A DNA stretch of 64,000 nt from an uncultured Bacteroidales bacterium (GTDB taxonomy: Bacteria; Bacteroidota; Bacteroidia; Bacteroidales; F082): positions 11,618-75,617 of the forward strand of contig CAMYYB010000004.1 in the NCBI GenBank assembly GCA_947303335.1, given 5' to 3'. This document shows positions 52,236 to 60,569 of the stretch, piece after piece. Position numbers and translations under genes: made by a program. Numbering within the stretch: the first letter of the stretch is position 1; each line of letters starts with the position of its first letter. The notes beneath the pieces are model-generated. The model saw only the letters and a list, made by a program, of their open reading frames with translations, was not told the DNA's origin and did not search any database.

Positions 52236-52282
52236 GCAAAGCAATCCCATAAACAATATTGCGAAGCAATCCCATAAGCAAT
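52236..52282 (+). promoter_or_regulatory. Two 22-nt direct repeats (GCRAAGCAATCCCATAARCAAT, 25-nt period) just upstream of the OsmC-like gene
   Basis: 52236-52257 and 52261-52282 are 20/22 identical and end 20 nt before the ATG. This is a candidate operator. Confidence 0.45.
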
Positions 52283-52301
52283 CCAAATAACAACAAACAA
52301 T

Positions 52302-52712
52302 ATGGCAACAATAAAAGGAACTTACAAAGGCAATCTCCGTAACGAGATGACCCATGTGCAGTCGGGCAACACCATCCTCACCGACGCACCCACCGACAAC
52401 CACGGCAAAGGCGAAGCCTTCTCGCCCACCGACCTCGCCTGTGCAGCCTTAGCCGGTTGCATGATGACCATCATGGGCATCAGCGCACAAGGCCACAAAT
52501 TCGACATCGACGGCACCACCTACACGGTGAAAAAGACCATGAACGCCGACCCGCGCCGCATCGGGCAGATCGACATCGTGTTCAACTTCCCCGCCAAGGA
52601 ATACACCGAGAAACAGAAAGCCCTGCTGTGGGCCGCCGCCGAAAGCTGCCCCGTGGGTCGCTCGCTGCATCCCGATGTCATCGTCAACATCACCATGAAT
52701 TTCCAAGCCTGA
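52302..52712 (+). CDS. OsmC-family peroxiredoxin-like protein
   Basis: SPTDLACAALAGCMM and ESCPVGRSL carry the two conserved Cys contexts of OsmC/Ohr. Confidence 0.85.
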   Translation: MATIKGTYKGNLRNEMTHVQSGNTILTDAPTDNHGKGEAFSPTDLACAALAGCMMTIMGISAQGHKFDIDGTTYTVKKTMNADPRRIGQIDIVFNFPAKEYTEKQKALLWAAAESCPVGRSLHPDVIVNITMNFQA

Positions 52713-53092
52713 TGGACTACGACATGCTGAAAGGACTCTGCCACAGCGAGACCCTCGTGGTGGAGCATAAGGATACCGCCGCTGTCTACGGCTCAGGGGC
52801 TTTGGAGGTGTTTGCCACACCTGCGATGATTGCCCTCATGGAAAAGACCTGTCTGGAAGCCGTTGCCGACAAAATCGGCGAGGGCAACACCACCGTAGGC
52901 ATAGCCGTCAACATTAAGCACCTGAAAGCCTCTCCTGTGGGAGCCGCCATCCGCTGCGAGGCCCAAATCATCGAGGTGGACCGTCGCCGTCTGGTCTTTG
53001 AGGTAAAATGCTTCGAAGGCGAGACATTGGTAGGCGAAGGCTTTCATGAAAGATTTGTCGTGGATAGCGCAAAGTTTATGAGTAAGTTTTAG
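52712..53092 (+). CDS. Hotdog-fold thioesterase
   Basis: Start at MDYDML with a TGATG overlap on the osmC-like stop. ...ATPAMIALMEKTC...GIAVNIKHLKASPVG...IEVDRRRLVFEV is a hotdog-fold pattern. Confidence 0.6.
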   Translation: MDYDMLKGLCHSETLVVEHKDTAAVYGSGALEVFATPAMIALMEKTCLEAVADKIGEGNTTVGIAVNIKHLKASPVGAAIRCEAQIIEVDRRRLVFEVKCFEGETLVGEGFHERFVVDSAKFMSKF

Positions 53093-53105
53093 TCCTATGA
53101 AAACA

Positions 53106-53267
53106 AACTACGAATTACACGAATTTGACGAATATAGAGATATGAATTTTGCAGCCAAGGCTGCGAATTACACGAAATAGCCTCATGAGTAGCAATTCGT
53201 ACTAATCTGCAACGAAGTTGCAAAATTGAATCAATGAAAATTCGTATCATTCGTGAAATTCGTAGTT
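53106..53267. repeat. 162-bp MITE-like element with termini AACTACGAATTACACGAAT / ATTCGTGAAATTCGTAGTT
   Basis: Long version of the AACTACGAATT family with internal small hairpins (gcagccaaggctgc; ctgcaacgaagttgca). Intergenic. Confidence 0.8.
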
Positions 53268-53280
53268 AAATAATCAAATT

Positions 53281-53535
53281 ATGAGATACACCTACCGAAC
53301 CCAAGGCACCTGCAGCCAGGCCATAGAGTTTGAAATCGAGAACGGCATCGTGAAAAACGTGCAGTTCTATGGAGGCTGCAACGGAAATACCCAAGGCGTC
53401 GCCACCTTAGTGGAAGGCATGAAAGCGGAAGACGTCATCGCCAAACTGGAAGGCATACGCTGTGGCTTTAAAGGCACCTCCTGCCCTGACCAATTGGCCA
53501 AAGCCATTCAGCAAGCGCTGGCAACCAATCGTTGA
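53281..53535 (+). CDS. TSCPD-domain small protein
   Basis: GGCNGNTQG and KGTSCPDQLA motifs; 84 aa. Confidence 0.7.
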   Translation: MRYTYRTQGTCSQAIEFEIENGIVKNVQFYGGCNGNTQGVATLVEGMKAEDVIAKLEGIRCGFKGTSCPDQLAKAIQQALATNR

Positions 53536-53547
53536 CAGTTTTTTGAC

Positions 53548-53555
53548 TACTTTTG
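53548..53555 (+). promoter_or_regulatory. -7 box TACTTTTG
   Basis: Upstream of the ATG at 53614. Confidence 0.45.
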
Positions 53556-53613
53556 CAATTTAATTGATGATTCATCGTTATAACCATTTGAAAACAACTA
53601 AAACAAAACGAAT

Positions 53614-54717
53614 ATGAAGAAGCACATCATCATCGTGGCGGTCCTTACGCTCTCCGTCATGCTCACCGCCTTCAGCAGCTGCAAGAAACACGAACCCACA
53701 CCTACCAAGCCAGCTGAAGGGCTTTATCTGGGTATCGTTGGCTTTAACAGCAATCTTTACACCAAGGATCTCGGCCTTCTGAACCAAAGCACCAAGGCCA
53801 GTTTCGAAAACTTTGTCGATGGCCTGTCGATGCAAAACGGCACCATCCTGTATCATGCCGTCAACACGGGCCTCAACAATCTCTCCAAAGCCGGGATTCC
53901 AGAGAACCTCATCAACGTCTCCGTGGTGACCTTCACCGATGGCTTGGACCAAGGCTCCTACGTCTTGGGAGGCTATAACTCGGGGGCTGACTACCTTGAC
54001 GACGTCAACGTCCGCATCACGACTTCGCTCGTCGGCGGACAAAACATCTCGGCCTACTCCATCGGCATACGCGGCAATGACGTCAGCGACATCGAGGGCT
54101 TCCGCAACAACCTCAACAAGCTGTCGAGTGACCCCGTGCATAATGTCTTCGAGGTGAACGACATGAGTGAAGCCTCCGAGAAATTCGCGCAGATTGCACA
54201 ACAGCTTTACAACCAAAGCACCTTCTACAACGTCACCCTGAAGCTGCCGGCCCAGGAGCCCAACACCAGAATCCGTTTCACCTTCGACAATGTGAACGAC
54301 GATGCCAACAACTCGCATCGCTACATCGAAGGCACTTATATCCGCAACAACGGGAAAGGCCAGCTGACCGACATCCACTATGAAGGTTTGGAATGCATGT
54401 CGGGCTATACGGTCACAGCCTCATCGGAAGGCATTTTCGATGTGTTCGCTTTCAAGAACCTGACCGATGCCGAAGGCCATCAAGCCAGCACCGACTATGT
54501 GAAACAATGGAACTTGCTGGAGCCTTCCTTACAGTGGCAATACAACAGCGAGTTCACGCCTTCGGGCAACACCGAGGTCGTTAACGAATACAAGAGTGCC
54601 ATGATTATGCTGGTTCTCGACTGCTCCAGCTCGCTCGGCTCCGACTTCGTCAACATGAAGACTGCCGCCAACTCGTTTATCGAGACCCTCAGCGGCAACT
54701 ACAACGGACAACGCTAA
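53614..54717 (+). CDS. Lipoprotein with vWA-like domain (possibly circularly permuted)
   Basis: Lipobox LTAFSSC. vWA-like blocks GTILYHAVNTGL and VSVVTFTDGLDQGS lie near the N-terminus. A MIDAS-type MLVLDCSSSLGS (DxSxS) lies at the extreme C-terminus. Confidence 0.5.
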   Translation: MKKHIIIVAVLTLSVMLTAFSSCKKHEPTPTKPAEGLYLGIVGFNSNLYTKDLGLLNQSTKASFENFVDGLSMQNGTILYHAVNTGLNNLSKAGIPENLINVSVVTFTDGLDQGSYVLGGYNSGADYLDDVNVRITTSLVGGQNISAYSIGIRGNDVSDIEGFRNNLNKLSSDPVHNVFEVNDMSEASEKFAQIAQQLYNQSTFYNVTLKLPAQEPNTRIRFTFDNVNDDANNSHRYIEGTYIRNNGKGQLTDIHYEGLECMSGYTVTASSEGIFDVFAFKNLTDAEGHQASTDYVKQWNLLEPSLQWQYNSEFTPSGNTEVVNEYKSAMIMLVLDCSSSLGSDFVNMKTAANSFIETLSGNYNGQR

Positions 54718-54743
54718 CCCCTCATCGCCATAACCCTAAGCCC

Positions 54744-55949
54744 ATGCAAACGAAACCCCTCTATCCCGTCATCCGGCTCGGAAAAGACAAAGACGATGCC
54801 CTGCGCCGTTTCCACCCCTGGGTGTTCTCAGGTGCCATCCATGAAGCCGACGAAGGCCTTCAGGCTGGCGACACTGTCACCGTCACCGACTATAAAGGTG
54901 AAATCCTCGGCACAGGTTTCTGTGAGTCGGATAGCATCGCCGTGAAGATGCTCAGCTTCGACAACCGCAGAATTGACGAGTGGTTCTTTTTGGAGAAATT
55001 CAACCAGGCCCTTCAGGTGCGTAAGCGCATGGGACTGGTCGGCAATCCCCACACCAACTGCTACCGCCTCGTCCATTCGGAAGGCGACGGCTTGGCGGGT
55101 CTCATCGTTGACATCTACGGGCATACCGCTGTGGTGCAGGCCCAAACCGAAGGAATGGCCCTGCATCTGAAAGAGATTGTGCGTGCCCTCAAATTAGTGA
55201 ACGAACTGGAGTTGCAGGCCATCTACAACAAAAGCGCAGAGGCTATGCAGCGCATGGGCAAGGAAGACGAAGCCTTAGAGGACGGCTATCTCTTCGGTAC
55301 TCCAATTGACGAGAAGATTATCGAGAACGACAGCCTTTATCTCCCCAATTGGGAAGAGGGGCAGAAGACCGGATTCTTCCTCGACCAGCGTGAAAACCGC
55401 GAACTGGTGCGTCAGCTGTCTCAAGGCAAAACGGTGCTGAATGCCTTCGGCTACACGGGAGGCTTCTCCATAGCAGCACTCAAAGGCGGAGCCACACGCG
55501 CCGTTACCGTCGACACCTCAAAGAGAGCTCTGACGATGGCTGAGACTAACCTCGAACTCAACGGTTACTCGAAAGAAGAGAATCCCTGCGTGGTAGCAGA
55601 CATGAAAGACTACGTGAAAGACCTGCACGAAGGTGCTTTCGACCTCATCATCCTCGACCCGCCGGCGTTTGCCAAACGACATCAGGACCGGCATCGTGGC
55701 CTAGGAGGCTACAAGTTTATCAACGCCGAAGCCATCAAGCGCGTTTCCAAAGGCGGGCTCATCTTTACCTTCAGCTGTTCGCAAGCCGTCGACAAGGCTA
55801 CTTTCCAAGGCATCGTTACCGCTGCCTCCATCGAAGCCCGTCGCAACGTGCGCATCCTGACACAGCTGTCACAGCCCGCTGACCACCCCATCAACATCTT
55901 CCATCCGGAAGGGGCTTATCTCAAAGGTCTGCTACTTTTGGTAGAATAA
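54744..55949 (+). CDS. rlmI: 23S rRNA m5C methyltransferase RlmI-like (PUA plus class I SAM MTase)
   Basis: GFFLDQRENR, VLNAFGYTGGFS and IILDPPAF motifs. Confidence 0.8.
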   Translation: MQTKPLYPVIRLGKDKDDALRRFHPWVFSGAIHEADEGLQAGDTVTVTDYKGEILGTGFCESDSIAVKMLSFDNRRIDEWFFLEKFNQALQVRKRMGLVGNPHTNCYRLVHSEGDGLAGLIVDIYGHTAVVQAQTEGMALHLKEIVRALKLVNELELQAIYNKSAEAMQRMGKEDEALEDGYLFGTPIDEKIIENDSLYLPNWEEGQKTGFFLDQRENRELVRQLSQGKTVLNAFGYTGGFSIAALKGGATRAVTVDTSKRALTMAETNLELNGYSKEENPCVVADMKDYVKDLHEGAFDLIILDPPAFAKRHQDRHRGLGGYKFINAEAIKRVSKGGLIFTFSCSQAVDKATFQGIVTAASIEARRNVRILTQLSQPADHPINIFHPEGAYLKGLLLLVE

Positions 55950-55954
55950 AAAAA

Positions 55955-55979
55955 GGCGGGTTTCGACCCGCCTTTTTTT
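55955..55979. terminator. Bidirectional terminator between rlmI and the convergent lipoprotein gene
   Basis: aaaaaaGGCGGGTttcgACCCGCCttttttt. Confidence 0.8.
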
Positions 55980-56580
55980 ATTCTTTCTGGCTTAGGAACG
56001 ACCCCAACAGACGCGGGTGGCTCTTGTGCTTTTTAACGCCTTTCGCGTCTGACTTGGCAACATTGTTGCTGATACGCTTCAAATAGGCTGTTTCAAAATA
56101 GTACTTGTTCTCGTCGTCGATGATATAGTTGTTCTCATACACAAAAGAATTGTCACTCAATTCGGAAACAAGCAACATATAGGTATCTGCCGTGTTCTTC
56201 ATACGCATCCAGAGAACGGACTCATTCTCGTCGTAGGAATAAGAGAAGGGGTAGACCAGAGTCGTGTCAGGACAAGCGAGGTATGTGGTGTCACTGCCAT
56301 CAACAACTAACAGCGTATCAATGTCGCTGTCACGCATCTCACCGCTCTTGTCTTCTCTAAAGATGAGTTGGAGGCCATTATTGACATCCTGCGGGTCATA
56401 CTCATACGTATAGGATTCCATCGAACCTTGAATAGGATTGCCGGCATAGTCGATATTGTACTCTTGGTAGATGATTTTTTCCACACCCCAAGTACCGACA
56501 AAGGACTTGTAGTTTTTGCCACACGAGGCAAACAGCACAACGCATAAAGCGCACAACGTTAAAACACTAAGCTTTTTCAT
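55978..56580 (-). CDS. Lipocalin-like lipoprotein, unknown function
   Basis: Lipobox VLFASCGK and an FVGTWGVEK motif near the N-terminus, as in lipocalin-like Bacteroidales lipoproteins. Confidence 0.45.
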   Translation of the reverse strand: MKKLSVLTLCALCVVLFASCGKNYKSFVGTWGVEKIIYQEYNIDYAGNPIQGSMESYTYEYDPQDVNNGLQLIFREDKSGEMRDSDIDTLLVVDGSDTTYLACPDTTLVYPFSYSYDENESVLWMRMKNTADTYMLLVSELSDNSFVYENNYIIDDENKYYFETAYLKRISNNVAKSDAKGVKKHKSHPRLLGSFLSQKE

Positions 56581-56598
56581 TTTTTGATAATTAAATTG

Positions 56599-57081
56599 TT
56601 ATTCGATTCGTTTCATAAAAAACCGTTCAAAGAAGGGTTCTGGCTCTGAGAAATGGTTGGTCCATGAGGACACAATACTATCGGCGGTAAGCAACTCGAC
56701 ATCCATATCAGCGCTGGTGGCATCCGAGAACAACGAGATAATCCACGATGTATTGTAGATGGTAAGGGTTTGGCTTACTGTGTCGTACTCGTAATCGCAA
56801 TTGAATTTCTTGATAAGGGCAGGACTGTCGTTAAGCAACAGCTTTCCCGACCCGTCTTTGTAGAAATAAACTTCGTAGCCCAATCCAGGACCCACCTCAT
56901 ACTGTAGGGTATCCCACTTTTCATAACCCGTGCTGTCGACGCGGCAGCTGACATATTGCTTGCAACCCCAGTGACCCACGATAGGCGAAACAGCGGTTTC
57001 ATCTTGCTTGCAGCACGAAACAAGTGCCGTCATCATAAGGAGCATCACCCCTAAACTTCCAATTTTTACTTCCTTTTTCAT
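56599..57081 (-). CDS. Lipocalin-like lipoprotein, unknown function (distant paralogue of 55978-56580)
   Basis: Lipobox TALVSCCK and an IVGHWGCKQ motif. Confidence 0.45.
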   Translation of the reverse strand: MKKEVKIGSLGVMLLMMTALVSCCKQDETAVSPIVGHWGCKQYVSCRVDSTGYEKWDTLQYEVGPGLGYEVYFYKDGSGKLLLNDSPALIKKFNCDYEYDTVSQTLTIYNTSWIISLFSDATSADMDVELLTADSIVSSWTNHFSEPEPFFERFFMKRIE

Positions 57082-57095
57082 AAGATTAGACGTTG

Positions 57096-57103
57096 CAAAA
57101 ATA
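57096..57103 (-). promoter_or_regulatory. -7 box TATTTTTG upstream of the lipoprotein pair
   Basis: The reverse complement of caaaaata, 15 nt upstream of the ATG at 57081. Confidence 0.45.
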
Positions 57104-57133
57104 GGATTTATTCAAATATCGCGCCAAATTTCT

Positions 57134-57141
57134 TATTTTTG
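57134..57141 (+). promoter_or_regulatory. -7 box TATTTTTG
   Basis: 21 nt upstream of the ATG at 57162. Confidence 0.5.
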
Positions 57142-57161
57142 CTGCACAATTTTTTCTCAAG

Positions 57162-58469
57162 ATGAAAAGAGCGCCACTCCTTATTATTCTATGTATCTTG
57201 GGGTTTGCCCCGTTCGCGCCCGCCCAGGACGTGCTTACGGTGATGCAGTACAACCTTTTATATTACGGCAACCACAACAGCGGTTTTGCCGATTGCTACG
57301 AAACCAATAACAACACACAACGCAAGGACGAGTGCATACGCACCATCATGAATTACGTGAAACCCGACATCCTGACGGTATGCGAGTTTGGTTCCACGCA
57401 GCAGCTTCATACAGACTTCCTCCGTCATAACCTAAATATCAATGGAGTCAACTACTGGAAGTCGGACAATATCATCAACTACGCGAACAGCAACATCATC
57501 AACCACATCTTCTACGACTCGCGCAAGATGGAACTGAAACGGCATGTGGCCCTGAACACCGAGCCACGCGACACCGATGTCTATGAGTTGTATCTGAAGA
57601 CCCATAGCTTGATAGAGGGCGACACTATCCGTCTGGTTTGCATTGTGGCACATCCAAAAGCCGATAAGGGATCAAGCAACGAAGCACGACGCCGCGCCTT
57701 GATGCAAAAGACTATGGACTACGTGAACCAGCACTACCCCACCGACAATGTACTGATTATGGGTGACTTAAATATGTATAGTGCCAACGAGAGCGGCTAT
57801 CGCTTGCTCACCCAGACCTACAGCAATCCTGACATCTGTTTCATGGATCCTCTTGCCTTTCAGGGCGGCGTGGGCGAATGGACCGGCAACAGCCAATACG
57901 CCCACTTCCACACCCAGTCGACCCATAACTATTCCGACGAGTGCTTCGCAAGCGGCGGTTTGGACGACCGCTTCGACATGATTCTGATGGCTGACGAAAT
58001 CGCCATGAATTTCAATCATCTGCACTATCTTTCGGGTTCCTACAAGGCCATAGGCAATGACGGGAACCACTTCAACCAAAGCATTAACCAATACGGCAAC
58101 TCTTCCGTACCCGCTGACGTGCTTGAGGCTTTGTTTGATGCCTCAGACCACCTTCCTGTAACAATGAAAATCAGCGTGGATGCCCATTTGGGTATTACTG
58201 AGACAGAACCGTCCATATTGCAAGCCAGCATAGCCCCAAACCCAGCTTCAAATCTGGTCACTGTCTGCTTCAATAACCCGAAAACAGGTCGTCTGCGTTT
58301 CGTAATCCACACACTACAAGGCCAAGTGATGCTGGCGGAGGAAGCCTATTTTGACGAGGGTGAACAACAGTTTGAGTTGCAACTTGGAGATTTTCCGAAA
58401 GGATTCTATCTGCTACGCTTGGAGAAAGAAAATGGTTGTTGCGAAACACTTAAACTACTACTACAATGA
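57162..58469 (+). CDS. Endonuclease/exonuclease/phosphatase (EEP) family protein with T9SS C-terminal sorting domain
   Basis: Signal peptide, MGDLNM and SDHLPV EEP motifs. CTD is IAPNPASNLVTVCF...GFYLLRLEKENG. Confidence 0.75.
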   Translation: MKRAPLLIILCILGFAPFAPAQDVLTVMQYNLLYYGNHNSGFADCYETNNNTQRKDECIRTIMNYVKPDILTVCEFGSTQQLHTDFLRHNLNINGVNYWKSDNIINYANSNIINHIFYDSRKMELKRHVALNTEPRDTDVYELYLKTHSLIEGDTIRLVCIVAHPKADKGSSNEARRRALMQKTMDYVNQHYPTDNVLIMGDLNMYSANESGYRLLTQTYSNPDICFMDPLAFQGGVGEWTGNSQYAHFHTQSTHNYSDECFASGGLDDRFDMILMADEIAMNFNHLHYLSGSYKAIGNDGNHFNQSINQYGNSSVPADVLEALFDASDHLPVTMKISVDAHLGITETEPSILQASIAPNPASNLVTVCFNNPKTGRLRFVIHTLQGQVMLAEEAYFDEGEQQFELQLGDFPKGFYLLRLEKENGCCETLKLLLQ

Positions 58470-58482
58470 AAACACTGAACCT

Positions 58483-59151
58483 ATGGAAGAAATAACGACC
58501 TTTTTAGAAAACATCCTCCACAACAACAACCGCCCCTGGTTTCAGGAGCATAAGCAAGAATACCAGAAGGCGCAGGCCCACTTCAACGCCCTCGCCGAAC
58601 AAATCATAGAAGGGGTGCAGAAGTTTGACGACAACTGCAAAGGCCTGACCTTGAAAGACTGCACCTACCGTTTCTATCGCGACACGCGATTCTCGCCTGA
58701 CAAGCGACCCTACAAAACCCACTTCGGGGTGTTCGTCTGTCCTCAGGGCAAGAAGTCGATGCTAAGCGGCTATTACTTCCATATCGAAGCGAAGGAGTCG
58801 GAATATCTGGGACATAATATGCTCTGCACAGGAATGTATATGCCCGATAACGTGATGCTGAAGACCATCCGAGACGAAATCCTCTTCAACGGTGAGCCGC
58901 TTGCAGAAAGCATAGCAAAGGCCAAAGGCTTCAGCCTTGATACAAGTCGCGCCATGAAGCGGGTGCCCAACGGCTATCCCAAAGAGCATCCCCAAGCCGA
59001 CCTCTTCAAACAACGCGATTGGCTCCTGATGCAAGACCTTGACGACAAGCACCTCTTCGACCCGCATCTTGTCGAATGGGCGCTGGCTGAGTTCAAGAAG
59101 ACCAAAGATTTCTGCCAATGGCTGAACCGAACCGTCGGCTTTGAACCATGA
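58483..59151 (+). CDS. DUF2461 (TIGR02453) family protein
   Basis: NNNRPWFQEHKQEYQ and FYRDTRFSPDKRPYKTHFG motifs. Start moved to the ATG at 58483, after the upstream gene's stop. Confidence 0.6.
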   Translation: MEEITTFLENILHNNNRPWFQEHKQEYQKAQAHFNALAEQIIEGVQKFDDNCKGLTLKDCTYRFYRDTRFSPDKRPYKTHFGVFVCPQGKKSMLSGYYFHIEAKESEYLGHNMLCTGMYMPDNVMLKTIRDEILFNGEPLAESIAKAKGFSLDTSRAMKRVPNGYPKEHPQADLFKQRDWLLMQDLDDKHLFDPHLVEWALAEFKKTKDFCQWLNRTVGFEP

Positions 59152-59166
59152 TTCACTGAAATTTCG

Positions 59167-59174
59167 TACTTTTG
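59167..59174 (+). promoter_or_regulatory. -7 box TACTTTTG
   Basis: 20 nt upstream of the ATG at 59194. Confidence 0.5.
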
Positions 59175-59193
59175 CGCCCTCAAAACGGCAGAA

Positions 59194-60561
59194 ATGAATC
59201 AGATTGACAGGACTAAGGAGTTAGAGACCAGGAACATAGGCAGCTTGCTATGGATGTTTGCACTGCCTTCCATCATCAGCCACATCATCGCATCGGTCTA
59301 CAATATCGTCGACCGTGTGTTCTTGGGGCAGTATGTGGGAGCTCTCGCCATTGCGGGTCTGGCTATCACTATGCCTGTCATGAATATCATCCATGCTTTC
59401 GGCTCGTTGGTGGGTGCCGGCTCGGCGGCCCGTATGTCGATTATCCTGGGTAAGAAGGACTACAACTGGGCGGAGAAGATTTTGGGCAACAGCCTCTTGC
59501 TGACCTTCTTCTTCGGTTTCCTTTTCGTCACAGGCGGCTACCTCTTCATGGACAAAATCCTGACCCTGTTTGGTGCTTCGGAGGATACCATTTCTTACGC
59601 CCGCGAATATATGGACATCGTACTGCCCGGTATGTTTATGACCACCCTGACCTTCAACCTGACAGGCTTGATGCGCTCCTCGGGCTATCCCCAGAAGTCA
59701 ATGTGGATTATGGTTTCAGGCGCTATCGTCAATATCGGCCTTGATGCGCTGTTTATCTATGTTTTGGACTGGGGTATTGCCGGTGCGGCTTGGGCCACTA
59801 CGCTCTCGATGACGGGTACGGCTATTGCTGCTGTGATTCATTTCATCCAGCCCAAGTCGTTCATCCGTTTCCGCAAACATGCATGGGCTCCCAAGCTCTA
59901 TATCTTCCGCAACATCCTGATGATTGGTATGAGCCCCTTCTTGATGAATGTAGCGGCATCAGCAGTAGTAGCTTTGCTCAACCGCCAACTCATCCGCTAT
60001 GGTGGCGACTTTGCCGTAGGTGCCTACGGTATCGTCAATACCTTCGCCAGCCTGAGTGTAATGCTCATCTTTGGCGTCTGCCAAGGGATGCAGCCTATTG
60101 CTGGCTACAACTACGGGGCCGGACATCCCTTGCGTCTAAAAGCGGTTTATCAATTGGCAATGAAGGTGAATGTGCTGATTGGTTTCGTTGGTGCAGTGTT
60201 GGCATTGACCCTTCCGGGCTTGTTGCTCCGGGCCTTTACCAACGACCCTGAGGTTATCCGGATTGGTATTCCTGCAATGCGTTTCATCATGGTGATGTTC
60301 CCCTTGGTAGGCTTCACCATCACCAACTCCAACTTCTTCCAAAGTATCGACAAGCCCTGGATTGCTATTGTCACCAGCCTCTCACGTCAGGTACTCTTCC
60401 TCGCTCCGATGATTTATATTGTCCCGACTATTTTCATTGATTTGGGCGGCAACGGGCTCACAGGCGTTTGGGCCTCAATGACCATTTCCGATGTCTTGGG
60501 AGCTTTGTTGGCCTTCCTCCTTATGCTGACGCAACGGCACGTGTTCCGTAAAGCAGAATAA
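59194..60561 (+). CDS. MATE family efflux transporter
   Basis: About 12 predicted TM helices. The N-terminal LLWMFALPSIISHIIASVYNIVDRVFLGQ pattern is typical of MatE. Confidence 0.9.
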   Translation: MNQIDRTKELETRNIGSLLWMFALPSIISHIIASVYNIVDRVFLGQYVGALAIAGLAITMPVMNIIHAFGSLVGAGSAARMSIILGKKDYNWAEKILGNSLLLTFFFGFLFVTGGYLFMDKILTLFGASEDTISYAREYMDIVLPGMFMTTLTFNLTGLMRSSGYPQKSMWIMVSGAIVNIGLDALFIYVLDWGIAGAAWATTLSMTGTAIAAVIHFIQPKSFIRFRKHAWAPKLYIFRNILMIGMSPFLMNVAASAVVALLNRQLIRYGGDFAVGAYGIVNTFASLSVMLIFGVCQGMQPIAGYNYGAGHPLRLKAVYQLAMKVNVLIGFVGAVLALTLPGLLLRAFTNDPEVIRIGIPAMRFIMVMFPLVGFTITNSNFFQSIDKPWIAIVTSLSRQVLFLAPMIYIVPTIFIDLGGNGLTGVWASMTISDVLGALLAFLLMLTQRHVFRKAE

Positions 60562-60569
60562 AAGGATGA

